Source of the DNA: Candidatus Eiseniibacteriota bacterium | GTDB taxonomy: Bacteria; Eisenbacteria; RBG-16-71-46 | Direction: 5' to 3' | Length of the DNA stretch: 64,000 bases | Assembly: GCA_963717505.1 (NCBI GenBank) | Contig: OY970342.1 | Coordinates: forward strand, 2,176,001-2,240,000 | Part shown: positions 10,658 through 21,727 of the stretch, one piece after another | Layout: each line of letters opens with the position of its first letter | Numbering within the stretch: the first letter of the stretch is position 1 | The notes under the pieces: generated by a model | Databases searched by the model: none | Told to the model about the DNA's origin: nothing | The model's input: the letters and a program-made list of their open reading frames with translations, nothing else | Position numbers and translations under genes: made by a program

Positions 10658-13600
10658 CTAGCTTGGTGCGCGAAATCGATCAAGCGCCTGGCGCACTTCG
10701 TCGACCTTCCTTGCAACGACGTAATGCCACGTCCCCATGCGGCCGTCGGCGTTCACCGCGGCAACCCAGCGGTGCGCCGCGCCGTCTTGACTTCAGCGAG
10801 GTCGTCGAATCCCTTTGTTTCGACGATCAGATTCGTGTTCAGATCTCCCTCTAGTCGAACGATGAAGTCCGGCACGTAGTCGTGCGGCTGGCCGTTGTGG
10901 ATGTAGGGGATGGCGAAGCCGAGGCCGGCGTTCTTGACGAACGCCTCGACGGACGGGTGCGTGTCGATGATGTAGGCCGCCTGCTGCTCCCACTTCGCTG
11001 GTGTCGGCGACGACGTAGTTCACGTGGCTCTTGACCACCTCGCGCACGTCCTTGCTCGTCCAGAAGTCGACGTCCGCCGTGGAACCAGGTCCGCGGCTGG
11101 TTTCGTAGCGCGGAACCTCGGGCGCTTCGCCCTGCGACGTGTCCGGACGAATGGACTCGACCAGACGCTCGATCGCCCAGCCGTAGTACGGCGACAGGAA
11201 CAGATCCAGACGTTCCGCCGGCTTGATCGGCGTGACCTTCTCTTCGACGTACCGCTCGCACGATGCGGACGAGCTGCGGAAACAGCACGTGCGCGGGCGC
11301 CTCGCACGATCCGCTCTTGACGTACTCGCGCGTGAGGTCGCCGGCCATCTCGAAGACGAGCTCCTGAATTCGCCGACCCGACCGAAATGGGTTGAGGTCG
11401 ACGCGCTGAATCGCTCCCGGGCCGCGTGAGCGATGGGCCGGCCCGGTATTGGTCTGCAGGGAAGCCTTGACCTCGACCTCGGGCGGAATCTTGAACGGAT
11501 CGAGGAACAGCGACGGCACCGACGCCCAGTCCACCGTGACGCGATTGCGGATGGCCTGCGATAGCCTTCGACACGCGGAAAGGTGATCTCGAAATGAGCG
11601 CGCCCAGGCAACGGCGTGCGACATGGTGGCGCTTCTGCGGTCGGCTTCGGTGCGCGGCTGGATTGGCTTTGAATGGAATCACCTGGAACGGCACGCCGAA
11701 GACCTTGGCGACTTCTTCGGTCATCAAGCCGTTGTCGCCGAGCTCGTACGTCCGCCGCCGCAGCCCGCGGCCGACCACCTGCTCGCAGAGCAGCTGCGAC
11801 ATGAACGGCCGCAGCCCGACGATGTGCGTGACGGTGTTGCAGTCCCAGCCTTCGGTGAGCATCCCCACGCAGACGATGCAGCGGATGTCGCGTCCCGGCG
11901 GATGGAGCGGCCGCCCGCGCTTCTCCGCCAGCTCCTCGAATCCCTCCGGATAGATCGGCCGCCCCTGCTGATCGCGTGGCCAGTCGGTTCGGCCAACCGT
12001 GTCGAGCGTGAACCGCATCCACTGCGACCTCGTCGGTCTTCGCGTGTCCGGTGTCGGTCTCGCGCACGACTCGGAGTCCACGCGAATCGTGTTGACGCGA
12101 CCGTCGGCGTTGCGGAAGCCAGCGATCTTCGACGGCGGGATGCCCATCGGCGGCTTGTTCTCGCGCGAGCCACTCGTAGACCACCTTGGCGATCGCGGTG
12201 TTCTTGCAGACGAGGATGAAGACGGGCGGCCGCGGATCGTCCTGTCGACTGCTCCCACACCGCCCGCAACTCTTCCCACAAGCCGCCCAGCATCGTGATG
12301 GGCGTGTTCGCCCACTTCAGGACCGCCTCGGGCTTCGGAGAGCTCTTCTTGCCGCCTCGCTCGGCCGGCGTGAGCTGCGGAAGGATCCAGCGCCAGATGT
12401 TGAAGTAGCCCGGAATCTCCGCGCCGGTCGTGTCGCGCACCGCGAGCTGCGGGATCTTCACGAGGCCCGACTCGATCGCGTCGGTGAGCGCGAAGTCGCT
12501 GACCACCCACGGGAACGGCCGATTCGTTTCCTGACCCACCCTGCCCAGGAAGTACGGCGTCGCCGACAGGTCGACGCAGAAGTTGATGCCGCGCAGCTTC
12601 TGGATGCGATCGAGCCCGTCAATCCAGACGGTCGCCTCCTTGTAGAACTCTTCCGCCTCGTCCTCCTCGCCGAGCAGATCCTCTTCTTCCTCGTCCGGCT
12701 CGTCCTTGCGGATGCGGTAGGCGTGATGCGCCTCGTCGTTCAGGACGAGGATGTTCTGCTTGCCGCCGACCTCGCGACCGAGGATCCGGCTGACGAGCGC
12801 GGTGTCGCTTTCCACGTAGCGATCGCGCGTGACCCGCGCGTGCTTCACGTTGCCGTCGTTGTCCTCTCCTCGTCGATCACCTCAATCAGCCCGAGGCGAT
12901 ACCTGACGACTGTACTCCTCGCTGCGTCAGATAGCGCCGTCCTCGCGCGGTCGTCGTCTTCGGGCCGATGTGGATGATCTCCGGCACCGTCTCGCGGCGG
13001 CCGGCTTTCACGACGCGCCCGCTCACGCCGCCGGCCTGCGACGTCTGCGGCTCGAACACGTGCCAGTTCGTGACGAGCACATGCCCCTGCGTGAGGTCGG
13101 GCATCAGGTGCGGCGGGCACGAGGTCCGCCTTCCGGTAGAGGCTCGCGTCGCCGAGCTCGCGGATCCAGCTCCGCGAGCCGGCTGCGAATCGTCACGTTC
13201 GGGCAGACCACCAGGACCACGTCGGAGAAACGCGCATTCGCTCGGTCGTGGACCTTGTTGAGGATGCTCCACGCCGCGAGCATCCCCATGACGGTCGTCT
13301 TGCCCGAACCCGTCGCCATCTTGCAGGCATAGCGGCGGAAGGCCTTGTAGCCCGCGTTCGGCCTTCTGCTGCTCGCTCGGCTCGTCGAGCGGGATGTCGA
13401 TCCCCTGCGCGAGATCGCGCCGCGCCTCGTTGAGGAAGATGATCGTCTCGACCGCTTCGAGCTGGGCGAAGAAGAACCGGAAGCCGCGACCATCGCGCCG
13501 CCAGTAGTTCAGCAGCTCCAGCGTCGTGCGCGTCACGCCGGGATAACCCGCGGCTCGCCACTCCTTGACGCGGGATCGAATCAGGTTGACGAGCTTCAGC

Positions 13601-13788
13601 TCGATCGCGGTGCCCTTGGGACGCCGCGTGCCGGCGGAATCCTGCGAAAGGGGATCCGGGTAGTAGTAGATCGCGGGCCGGCGACCGGGCCGCTTCTCCG
13701 GCTCGGCTCCCTCTTCGAGACGCCAGTGGTGCGTCGGCTCCTCGAACGGCGAGCAGATGATCGCTTCGGGGACTTCGAAGTCGCTCAT
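10658..13788 (-). CDS. res: type III restriction enzyme Res subunit (helicase plus PD-(D/E)XK nuclease), many frameshifts
   Basis: [19 protein letters not shown] (Walker A), [53 protein letters not shown]...LIVETKG. Confidence 0.88.
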
Positions 13789-15439
13789 CGCCCGAACGCC
13801 CTCACGATCACGTCGAGCGTCTCACGACGTCCGGATGGATCTCCTCCGGCACGCATGACCGCCGCGATCTCGTGGTAGCGGGTGTAGGGCAGCCCGGGCA
13901 GACCCGGCGGCTGACAGGGCCGGCGGCAGGATGCTCCGTTCGCGCCTTCGTGGTGTTGAGATACGCGTGGTTGTCGAGCGGCCGCTCAAGCACTGCCGGC
14001 GGGAGATTCGCCGTCAGGTAGGCGTGCAGGTCGGCGACGTGCGGCGCCGCGGCCGCTTCGCCGACCGTGCGCGCGACGAACCGCGCGAGCGCTTCCGGAT
14101 GGACCAGGTAGCTCTCGATCTCGTACCGCCGCCAGCGCCAGCGCTGAAAGCCGGCACCGGTAATCGGCGCTCGACGGGATCCCTGGATGGCTGTCGCCGT
14201 CGACGAGCTCCAGCGCCGGGATGTCCCGCACCAGCCTCAGCGCGTCGTAGTGATCTCGCGCCTTGATCCCGGGCCTGCCGGGCTGCGTCTCAGCAACGGT
14301 CGGCTTCCAGAACAAGTCGCGGGTCAGCAGGGCCTCGGCCGGGTGCCCGAGCACCCGGGCAAACGCGCGCAGGATCTCCAGATCGGTGTGTCCCTCGAGA
14401 TACGAGCACGCCCGGCGCCTGCAGCGCCCGCATGATGTCATCGTTCGACAGCACCCGCAGCGACTCAATCAGCGCTTCGCGTTCTGCATCGTCGGCCAGC
14501 ATCCGCGGGTCGGTCCAGGAGCACGCACAGCTCGCGCGCATCGACCGAATTGATGATGACTTCGGAATGCGTGGCGATGACGAGCTGCGCGCCTGTCCGC
14601 GCGGCGGTCGACCGCAGCTCGCCGTAGATCGCGTCCTGCAGGATGACGTGCAGGTGCGCGTCGGGCTCGTCGAGCAGCAGCACAGCACCCGGCCGGGTGT
14701 TCAGCATCGTCAAGCAGCATCAGCACCTGCTGGAACCCGCTGCCGGCGCTGGCGATGTCGAAGCGCGGACCGTCCGCCGTGCTGCGGTACTCGGCCACGA
14801 TGTGCGCGCCGGTCGCATCGGGTGGCTCGAGCTCGTAGCCGAACAGCCGCCGAATCGAATCCTGGAGCCGGTCCCACGCAGTCGGACTGGTGCGCCTCGA
14901 CGAGGAGATTCCGGAGCATGTCGCCCGGCTTGCCCTGCCCGAGCAGCTGATCGAGCTTCGGCCGAGTGTAGACCGGTTCATCGATGCCGAGCCCGCTCAT
15001 CGGCGGCACGAACACCGTCGTGAGCCCGGCGCCGCGAACAATCTGCGGGCTCGACCGGCGCGGGCCGCACGTAGATCTGCTCGGTGCTGTCCGCCTCGAG
15101 CTTCATCGGCAGCGTCCAGCCGTCTGTCGTCGATCGTGATCGTGAAGCTCGCCGGTGTACGTCCGGTTCCGCCACAGCAGGTCGAAGGAGCGCAGCGGCA
15201 CGGCCGAGAACGCCTGTCTCGCGATCGGCGCCTTGCGTGTATCCACCGCCGTGCCGCTGGAAGTCGTTGAGCTCCTTCCACCGCGTCAGCGCCAGACTCC
15301 ACGCCGCGATGGCCTGAAGCAGCGTCGTCTTGCCGGAGTTGTTCGGCCCGGCAACGACGATGTGCCCGGGCAGGACGAACTCGACGTCGTCGAACCGCTT
15401 GAACCCCTCGATACGAACCTTGCGAATGGCGGTCGGCAC
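13785..15439 (-). CDS. ABC/SMC-like ATPase with C-terminal TOPRIM-like region (OLD/AAA_15-like), frameshifted
   Basis: IEGFKRF, GPNNSGKTTLL, ASAGSGFQQ, LLLDEPDAHLH, IATHSE, YLEGHTD, LVDGD, RYEIESYL; stop overlaps res start (ATGA). Confidence 0.8.
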
Positions 15440-15449
15440 AGGTACAGCC

Positions 15450-18237
15450 TCAGGGAAGAGGTTTCACGACCAGCAGCTCGTTGCCGCGGTCGTCGATGAC
15501 CTTGACGGCGACCTGCTTGTGCTCGCCCGCCTCGAACGGCGCGCTGCGCGCGCCGGCGAGGTGATCCCAGACGCTCTCGTCGTAGTCCGCCTTGAGCGCC
15601 TTCTTCAGCGAGTCCCACGCCGCCGTGCGCGGGAAGAAGACCTGCGAGGCGCGGAAGCAGAGGCCGTTGTAGTCGGCGTCGAGCATCCAGCACGGCACGT
15701 CGTCTCCGCGGCCGATGCTCGGTCGCCATCGTCATCGGGTCGAACATGTCCAGGCCGACCAGCTCGACTTCGTAGCGCGGCTGGCCTGCTCCTGGCCGAC
15801 TGCTGGCTTCGCCTCGTGGATCTTGACTTCCGGCAGGCCGCAGACGCTGAAGATCTGGCTCGACCGCATGTTCTTGAGCAGGTCGCCCATCATCAGGTCC
15901 GGCGTCGCCTGCACGTAGGTGGCCGGCACCAGGCCCATCTCGGCCGACTTCTCGATCAGCTGTCGCGCGTGCGGCTGGATGGCGAAGCCGATGACGTAGA
16001 GGTGCGTGTAGCTCTTGAGCTGCGCCTCCTGCAGCGCGGCGTGGACGAGCTTCTCGCTGATCGCGCCGTTCTCCGGCCCGAAGACGAACGCGACCGGCTT
16101 CGGCTCGCCGTTCAACGCCACGCCCTCCGCCGACAGCGACAGCGACTTCGCCGGCGGCCGGACGTTGCCCAGCTCGACGGTCTTGCCGCCGCCAACGTGC
16201 AGCACCGGCGACCGGCGCAGCACCTCGATCATCCGGTCGACGAACGAGCCGTACGACTGGACAGACTCGGCGCCCGAGTCCTCGACGCCGTCGCCCTCCC
16301 AGTCGACCGGCGTCGGAATCGTCGCCTCGACGACGAACGGCCCGGAGACCCGGACGAACTTGCCGTCGAGCTCCGGTCGATCGACGAGGACTTCCTCGTC
16401 AGGCGGCTCATTGTTCGCGATGCTCTTCAGCGTGACGTGCGGGACGATGCCGCCGACCTCCTCGCCCTTGCTGTTCTGCTTGCGCTTGTAGACGAACCCG
16501 CCCGCCGGCCCGCGCGCCGGCTCCTTCAGCTCGTAGTAAGTGAAAGGTCGCGGTCAGCAGCCGCTGGCGGGCGAGCGCCAGCGGCACGCGGCTCGTGTCG
16601 ATCGTGATCCAGCGCCGGCCCCACTGCTCGGCGACGTAGGCCGTCGTCCCGCTGCCGCAGGTCGGATCGAGCACGAGATCGCCGGGGTCGGTGGTCATCA
16701 GCAGGCAGCGCTGCGACGACTTCGCGCGATGTCTGAACGACGTACAGCTTGGTCCGTTGACGCACTCGCCTGTGTCAGTCCACATGTTGTTCAGCGTCCG
16801 CGACTGGAAAATCGTCGAAGTATCGCTTGAACATCGAGTCGTGAGTTCGCCCGATCGAAACGATTCTAGCTGCTCGCAGCCGTTGCAGCATCCTTCGGGT
16901 TTGGTCTTCCAATGCTGTTGTCTCCGGGGTGCATACTGATCCCGTCACCGAAGTCGATCGCAACAGGTCAGCTGTCTCGGACGCCGTCCGGCGACAGCGC
17001 GGATGTCTGTCGAAACACGCTCGCGCCCTCTGGCAAGCAGCCGTGGCCAGTCGTCTCATCGCTCGGTCAGTTTCTGCGCACGTAGCCGTTCGCGAGCTCA
17101 GCCACAGATACTCGTCGACACTCGCCGCCGAGCTGCCTTCTCGACGTAGAGCTGGCCGGAACTTCACGTCGGTCCGTGTCTCGCGCGTACCAGAGGAGGT
17201 AGTCGCAATCGCTAGGCAGCGTCAGTCGCTGGCTGGCCGCAGTCGTCTTGCTGAAGGTGATCTGACGCAACGAAATTCTCCGCCCCGAACACCTCGTCCA
17301 TCAACTCCCGCACGTGATGCAGGTTCTCATCGCTGATCTGCACGAAGACGCTGCCGCTCGGCGTGAGCAGCTCGCGCGCGAGGAGCAGCCGGTCGCGCAT
17401 GTACGTGAGGTACGAGTGCAGGCCCAGCTCCCACGTGTCGCGGTAGGCCTTCACCATCTCCGGCTCGCGCGTCAGGTCCTCGTCGTCGCCGTGCGAGACG
17501 TCGCGCTTGCGCACGAACGGCTGGAAGTTGCTGCCGAACTTCACGCCGTACGGCGGGTCGATGTAGATCATCTGCACCTGGCCGCCGAGGCGCTCGTAGT
17601 GCAGGAGCGAGTTCATCACGACGAGCGAGTCGCCGAGGATCAGGCGGTTCACCCACTTGTCCGGATACTCGTAGGCCTTGAGCACCTGGTCGGTGATCGA
17701 GTGCCGCGGGATCGCCGAGCAGCTCCCAGAAGTCGGTCTGCTTGTCGCGCTTGTGGCCGACGAGCGTTTCGACGATGGCCTTGGTCGAGAGGCGCTCGTG
17801 CACGAAGAGCGGCAGCGTCGGCACGTCGAAGGACAGGCGCTCGGCCTTGCCGGTCCAGTTGAGGAACGGGCGGCCCAGGCGCTTGAGCTGATCGACCGCC
17901 TCCTGGAGCGAGCGCACCGAGACGACGCACGCGGCCGTCGGCGTGTCTTGAACTCGGCGGGAGAGGGAAGCACGTGCGGCGCCGGCAGCGCGGCGGCCCG
18001 CTCGATCACGCCGAGCAGCCATTCGCCCAACTCGCGGGCGCCGTTGCCGCCGTCCCAGTCGAGCGCGGGCGAGAGCGACGAGTCGTAGCGGTAGGTCTGT
18101 GGCGGCTTCTTCTTTCGGAACTGCGCCTGCGTGCCCACCTCGGGCCGCATGAGCAGCGTCTGATCCGGATGCGTGTAGCCTTCGGCGACTTTGCCGGCAC
18201 CGCTCTTCGCTGGCTTCCTTCCCTTGGATTTCGCCAT
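15450..18237 (-). CDS. mod: type III R-M Mod subunit, N6-adenine DNA methyltransferase (frameshifted)
   Basis: [78 protein letters not shown]. Confidence 0.9.
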
Positions 18238-18650
18238 CTGGCGCGCGATCTTAGCAGACGGAGCGACACGCTCGCCCTAGTCCTCCAAGTCGCGGTCTAG
18301 AGAAGCTCGTTCCGCTCGTCGCCGAGATCAGCCGACGGTGGCTACACCGGATCGGCCCCCGCCCCGCGGCGTCGATGCCCAGCCGGCGCTCGGACCGGTT
18401 GGCGGCAGATCCAGTAACCGAGATGGCCACTCCACGATCTACGACCGGATTCGCGATCAAATGGCGTTGACGCGGGTGCGGGTCTCGAACTCTCGGGATT
18501 ACACCGGGTGCAGCCTGAGCGACACATGGCGGGACGGAACGCTGCCAGCTACTTTGATCCGGCGCTGAGGAGTGCGCGAGGGCGAGCATCAAGGGCTGGA
18601 TCATGGGGATCAGGTAGTAGAGCCACTTCAGTTGAGGGCCAGGATCGTGA

Positions 18651-18759
18651 GGCCTCTTCATTTATCCCCGCCTACGCTAGTAATGCGCCCGGTTGCGCCC
18701 CCGCAAACAAAGGAGCCCTAATGACGCCAGAATGCCCAACCTCTCAAGGTCCTCCTTCG
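18651..18759 (+). pseudogene. chimeric remnant: Fic upstream region/start fused to the first ~9 codons of the DUF2779-like gene
   Basis: 18651-18731 resembles 27968-28051 (CTACGCTA.TAATGC...GCGCCCCCGC.AAC.AAGGAGCCCT.ATGACGCCAGA); 18730-18759 matches 30065-30094 at 26/30 nt. Confidence 0.7.
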
Positions 18760-18807
18760 CAGCATTCACGGCGTGAATAGCGCTCGGCGGCGCCCCAAAA
18801 TCCGGGA

Positions 18808-18848
18808 TTGACTGGCCCTTCGCCCATGTGCTAAATATCCAGCACATG
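18808..18848 (+). promoter_or_regulatory. putative promoter with BlaI-type operator
   Basis: TTGACT at 18808; inverted repeat CATGTGCT-N8-AGCACATG at 18825-18848, upstream of AGGAGG and the blaI-like gene. Confidence 0.6.
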
Positions 18849-18873
18849 CAGGAATTCTAGCAGGAGGCGCGTC

Positions 18874-19257
18874 GTGAAAATTCTCCGATCCCTGAGCCGT
18901 CGCGAGCGGGAGATGATGGACATCGTCTTCGCCGCGGGCCGCGTGACCGCCGGCGAGGTGCGCGAGCGCATGGCCGCCCCGCCCAGCTACTCCGCAGTGC
19001 GCGCGACGTTGAGCATCCTCGAGCGCAAGGGCATTCTGACCCATGACCACGAGGGCAAGCGCTACGTCTACCGTGCCACCGTCGGGCGCGAGCAAGCGAG
19101 GCGCCGCGCGCTCGACCACCTGCTGGCGACGTTCTTCGATGGTTCCGCCGCCGGGGCGGTAGTGACCTTGCTCGAGCGGCGCGGGGCTTCTCTTTCGGAC
19201 GAGGACCTCGACCGCATGGAGCGCATGATCGCGCGCGCGCGCCGGGAGGGCCGGTAA
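18874..19257 (+). CDS. BlaI/MecI/CopY-family repressor
   Basis: LSRREREMMDIVF...PSYSAVRATL.ILERKG...GKRYVY...TFFDGS. Confidence 0.92.
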   Translation: MKILRSLSRREREMMDIVFAAGRVTAGEVRERMAAPPSYSAVRATLSILERKGILTHDHEGKRYVYRATVGREQARRRALDHLLATFFDGSAAGAVVTLLERRGASLSDEDLDRMERMIARARREGR

Positions 19258-21650
19258 TGGAACCCCTGGCAACCGCCGTCTGGACCTGGGTCCTGCAACT
19301 CACCTGGGTCGATCTTGCGTGGTTCTTGATTCGGGTGACGCTGGTCGCGCTTCTCGCGCACCTGGCACTCGCTCTCGCCGCACGCGCCTCGTCCGCGACG
19401 CGGCACCACATCGCCTCGACTGCGCTGCTGGTGCTCGTCCTGTTGCCGGCGGCAACCGTGATTCTGCCGACGTGGCCGCTTCCGATCCTGCCGCCTGAGC
19501 GGCGTTTGGCTGTGTTGGCGCAAGCGGCGACGAGCCCTGTGTCGTCGGTCGAGCCCGTGAACGGAGCGGCCGAGGCACCGGCTGCCATCGAGTCGGTCAC
19601 CCCGAAGTCGAGGAGTGCTGCTCCCGGCGCGACTCCACGTCTCATCCTGGACGAATCCCTTGCGCCGCTGCCCGTGATTTCCCCGATGCCTCGGTCAGCG
19701 CACCCGCTCGATGGCGCCCGTCCGCGCAGCACCCCACCGATACCGGCGCCAGCCGCAGTTCTGCTGGCGGTGCTGCTCGTGACGGCCGGTTTGCTGCTCC
19801 GCTCCGCGATTTGCTTTGGCCTGGCCGCCAGGCTGGCTCGGCGCGCCACCGTCGTCGCCGACCCGGCGCTTCGGCGCGAGTTCGAGCGAGCCCGCGAGAT
19901 GCTCGCCGTGCGGCGTCCGGTCGAGCTCAAGATGAGCGCTGGCGTCGCGGTCCCGGCGATCATCGGCTTCGCCCGGCCGTCGCTCGTGCTGCCGGTTTCG
20001 GCATCGACCTGGGATCTCGAGCAACTGCACGCCGTATTTCTCCATGAGCTGGCACATGTTCGACGCCAGGATGCGCTCGCCGTGATGTTGGCGTCCGTCG
20101 CGACTGCGATCTATTGGCTCCATCCGTTGGTGCGTTCCCTGGCGCGCGAGGCTCGGCGCGAGGCCGAGCGCGCTTGCGACGATGAGGTGCTCGAATGCGG
20201 CGTCCGCCCGTCGGCCTATGCGGGGCACTTGCTCCAAATCGCTCGCGTCGCGACCGCGCGCGACCCGCTGGACGGCGTGATGCTGGCGGTCGCCCAACGG
20301 TCGAGCCTCGAGAAACGGCTGCTGTCGATCCTCGAGCCCGGCTTCAAGCGCGAGCGCCTCACTGCCCGCACGTTGGCGGCGGTGGTCGCCGTTGCCGTGG
20401 CCTGTCTGGTGCCGATCGCCGCGGTCCAGGTCATCGCGGGGCCATCCGCGAAACACGAGACGCAGGCGGCGCCACCCGCTAATCAAGAGACGCCGGCGGC
20501 GCCATCCGCGAAACACAAGACGCAACCGTCGCCCGTTGCCGAACGATTCGACGACTCGGAGGGCGCAGCGCGGTCTGGAGAAGAGTGGTACTCAGAAGCG
20601 CGCTCGCACTACAACGGCGAGAGCTACAATGCGGCCGGCAACGCCTACGAAAACGCCGCGGAGGCCGGCTACCGGCGCCCGATGGCGCTCTACAATGCGG
20701 CCTGCAGCTATGCGCTCGATGGCCAGCGCCTGCGGGCGATCGGGGCGATCGAGGCTGCCATCTCGGCGGGCTTCCGGGATGTGGGACTGCTATCGCGGGA
20801 CTCGGACCTGGAGAGCATTCGTTCGGACCCGAGGTTCGTGCTGATGATGCGGGGTCTCGAGTACATGGAATCCGATGTCGAGTACGCGGAGCGCACGCCC
20901 GCGCCGGTGGCCCCCGCGCCGATGTCGCCCACGCCGGTGCCGCCCACTCCGATGTCGCCCGCGCCGGTGCCGCCCGCGCCCGTGGCGCCCGCGCCGGTGG
21001 CCGCCAAGGCGGTCGAGGCCGAGCTGGTGCACGAGCCCAGTGCGAGCGGGCTCTACAACCTGGCCTGCGCCCGAGCGCTGTCCGGCGATGTACCTGGCGC
21101 CCTTTCCGCGCTCGAGAAATCCGTTCATGCCGGATTCGGCAGCGCCGACCACATGGTCGAGGACGACGATTTGGCGTCGCTCCGCGGTGAGCCGGAATTC
21201 CGGCGACTCGTGCAGCTCACTCGCGACCTCCAATACTACGAACCCGGCACCAAAGACGAGGATCCGTCTTCCTGGCGCAAGTCGGTGACGCGCCTCGAGC
21301 GTGTTGCCCGCGAGCATCCGGACCTTGGACGCGCCTGGTTCAGCCTTGGCTTCGCCCGGCTCCGCGCGGGCGATGCGCAAGGCAGTGGCCAGGCATTCGC
21401 GCGCGCGCTCGAACTGGGCCACCGTCCGCCGACCACGATGTACAACCTGGGCTGCGCCGCGGCGCAGGCCGGCGATCGGGACGCGGCCATCGACTGGCTC
21501 GAGCGTGCCGAGGTGGCCGGCTTCGATCTCGAGATCGCGTTGAAAGACGGCGACCTCGATCCGCTCCGCTCGGACCCGCGGTTCAAGGCACTGCTCGATC
21601 GTGTGCGGCAGCAGAATGAGAAAGAGAAGCTGAGCGCCAAGAAGCACTAG
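19257..21650 (+). CDS. M56 (BlaR1-like) metallopeptidase with C-terminal TPR-like repeats
   Basis: N-terminal TM helices, HELAHVRR, YWLHPL, ERACDDEVL, YAGHLL; three YN(A/L)(A/G)C...D.DL..(I/L)R..P.F units. Confidence 0.9.
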   Translation: MEPLATAVWTWVLQLTWVDLAWFLIRVTLVALLAHLALALAARASSATRHHIASTALLVLVLLPAATVILPTWPLPILPPERRLAVLAQAATSPVSSVEPVNGAAEAPAAIESVTPKSRSAAPGATPRLILDESLAPLPVISPMPRSAHPLDGARPRSTPPIPAPAAVLLAVLLVTAGLLLRSAICFGLAARLARRATVVADPALRREFERAREMLAVRRPVELKMSAGVAVPAIIGFARPSLVLPVSASTWDLEQLHAVFLHELAHVRRQDALAVMLASVATAIYWLHPLVRSLAREARREAERACDDEVLECGVRPSAYAGHLLQIARVATARDPLDGVMLAVAQRSSLEKRLLSILEPGFKRERLTARTLAAVVAVAVACLVPIAAVQVIAGPSAKHETQAAPPANQETPAAPSAKHKTQPSPVAERFDDSEGAARSGEEWYSEARSHYNGESYNAAGNAYENAAEAGYRRPMALYNAACSYALDGQRLRAIGAIEAAISAGFRDVGLLSRDSDLESIRSDPRFVLMMRGLEYMESDVEYAERTPAPVAPAPMSPTPVPPTPMSPAPVPPAPVAPAPVAAKAVEAELVHEPSASGLYNLACARALSGDVPGALSALEKSVHAGFGSADHMVEDDDLASLRGEPEFRRLVQLTRDLQYYEPGTKDEDPSSWRKSVTRLERVAREHPDLGRAWFSLGFARLRAGDAQGSGQAFARALELGHRPPTTMYNLGCAAAQAGDRDAAIDWLERAEVAGFDLEIALKDGDLDPLRSDPRFKALLDRVRQQNEKEKLSAKKH
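20441..20530 (+). repeat. three imperfect in-frame 30-nt repeats
   Basis: GCCATCCGCGAAACACGAGACGCAGGCGGC-like units encoding PSAKHETQAA/PPANQETPAA/PSAKHKTQPS. Confidence 0.8.
20898..21000 (+). repeat. 15-nt Pro-rich linker repeats
   Basis: encodes PAPVA PAPMS PTPVP PTPMS PAPVP PAPVA PAPVA. Confidence 0.8.
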
Positions 21651-21684
21651 GTGTGGCTGGCGGGGCACTAATAAGAAGAGAGCC

Positions 21685-21727
21685 TTGACCGTACCCAGAA
21701 TGGGTACTATCGTACCCAATATGGGAA
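21685..21727 (+). promoter_or_regulatory. sigma70-type, probably leaderless promoter with tandem palindromic operators
   Basis: TTGACC-17 bp-TATCGT-7 bp-ATG(21721); GTACCCA-N3-TGGGTAC and GTACCCA-N3-TGGGAAC overlap it. Confidence 0.7.
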
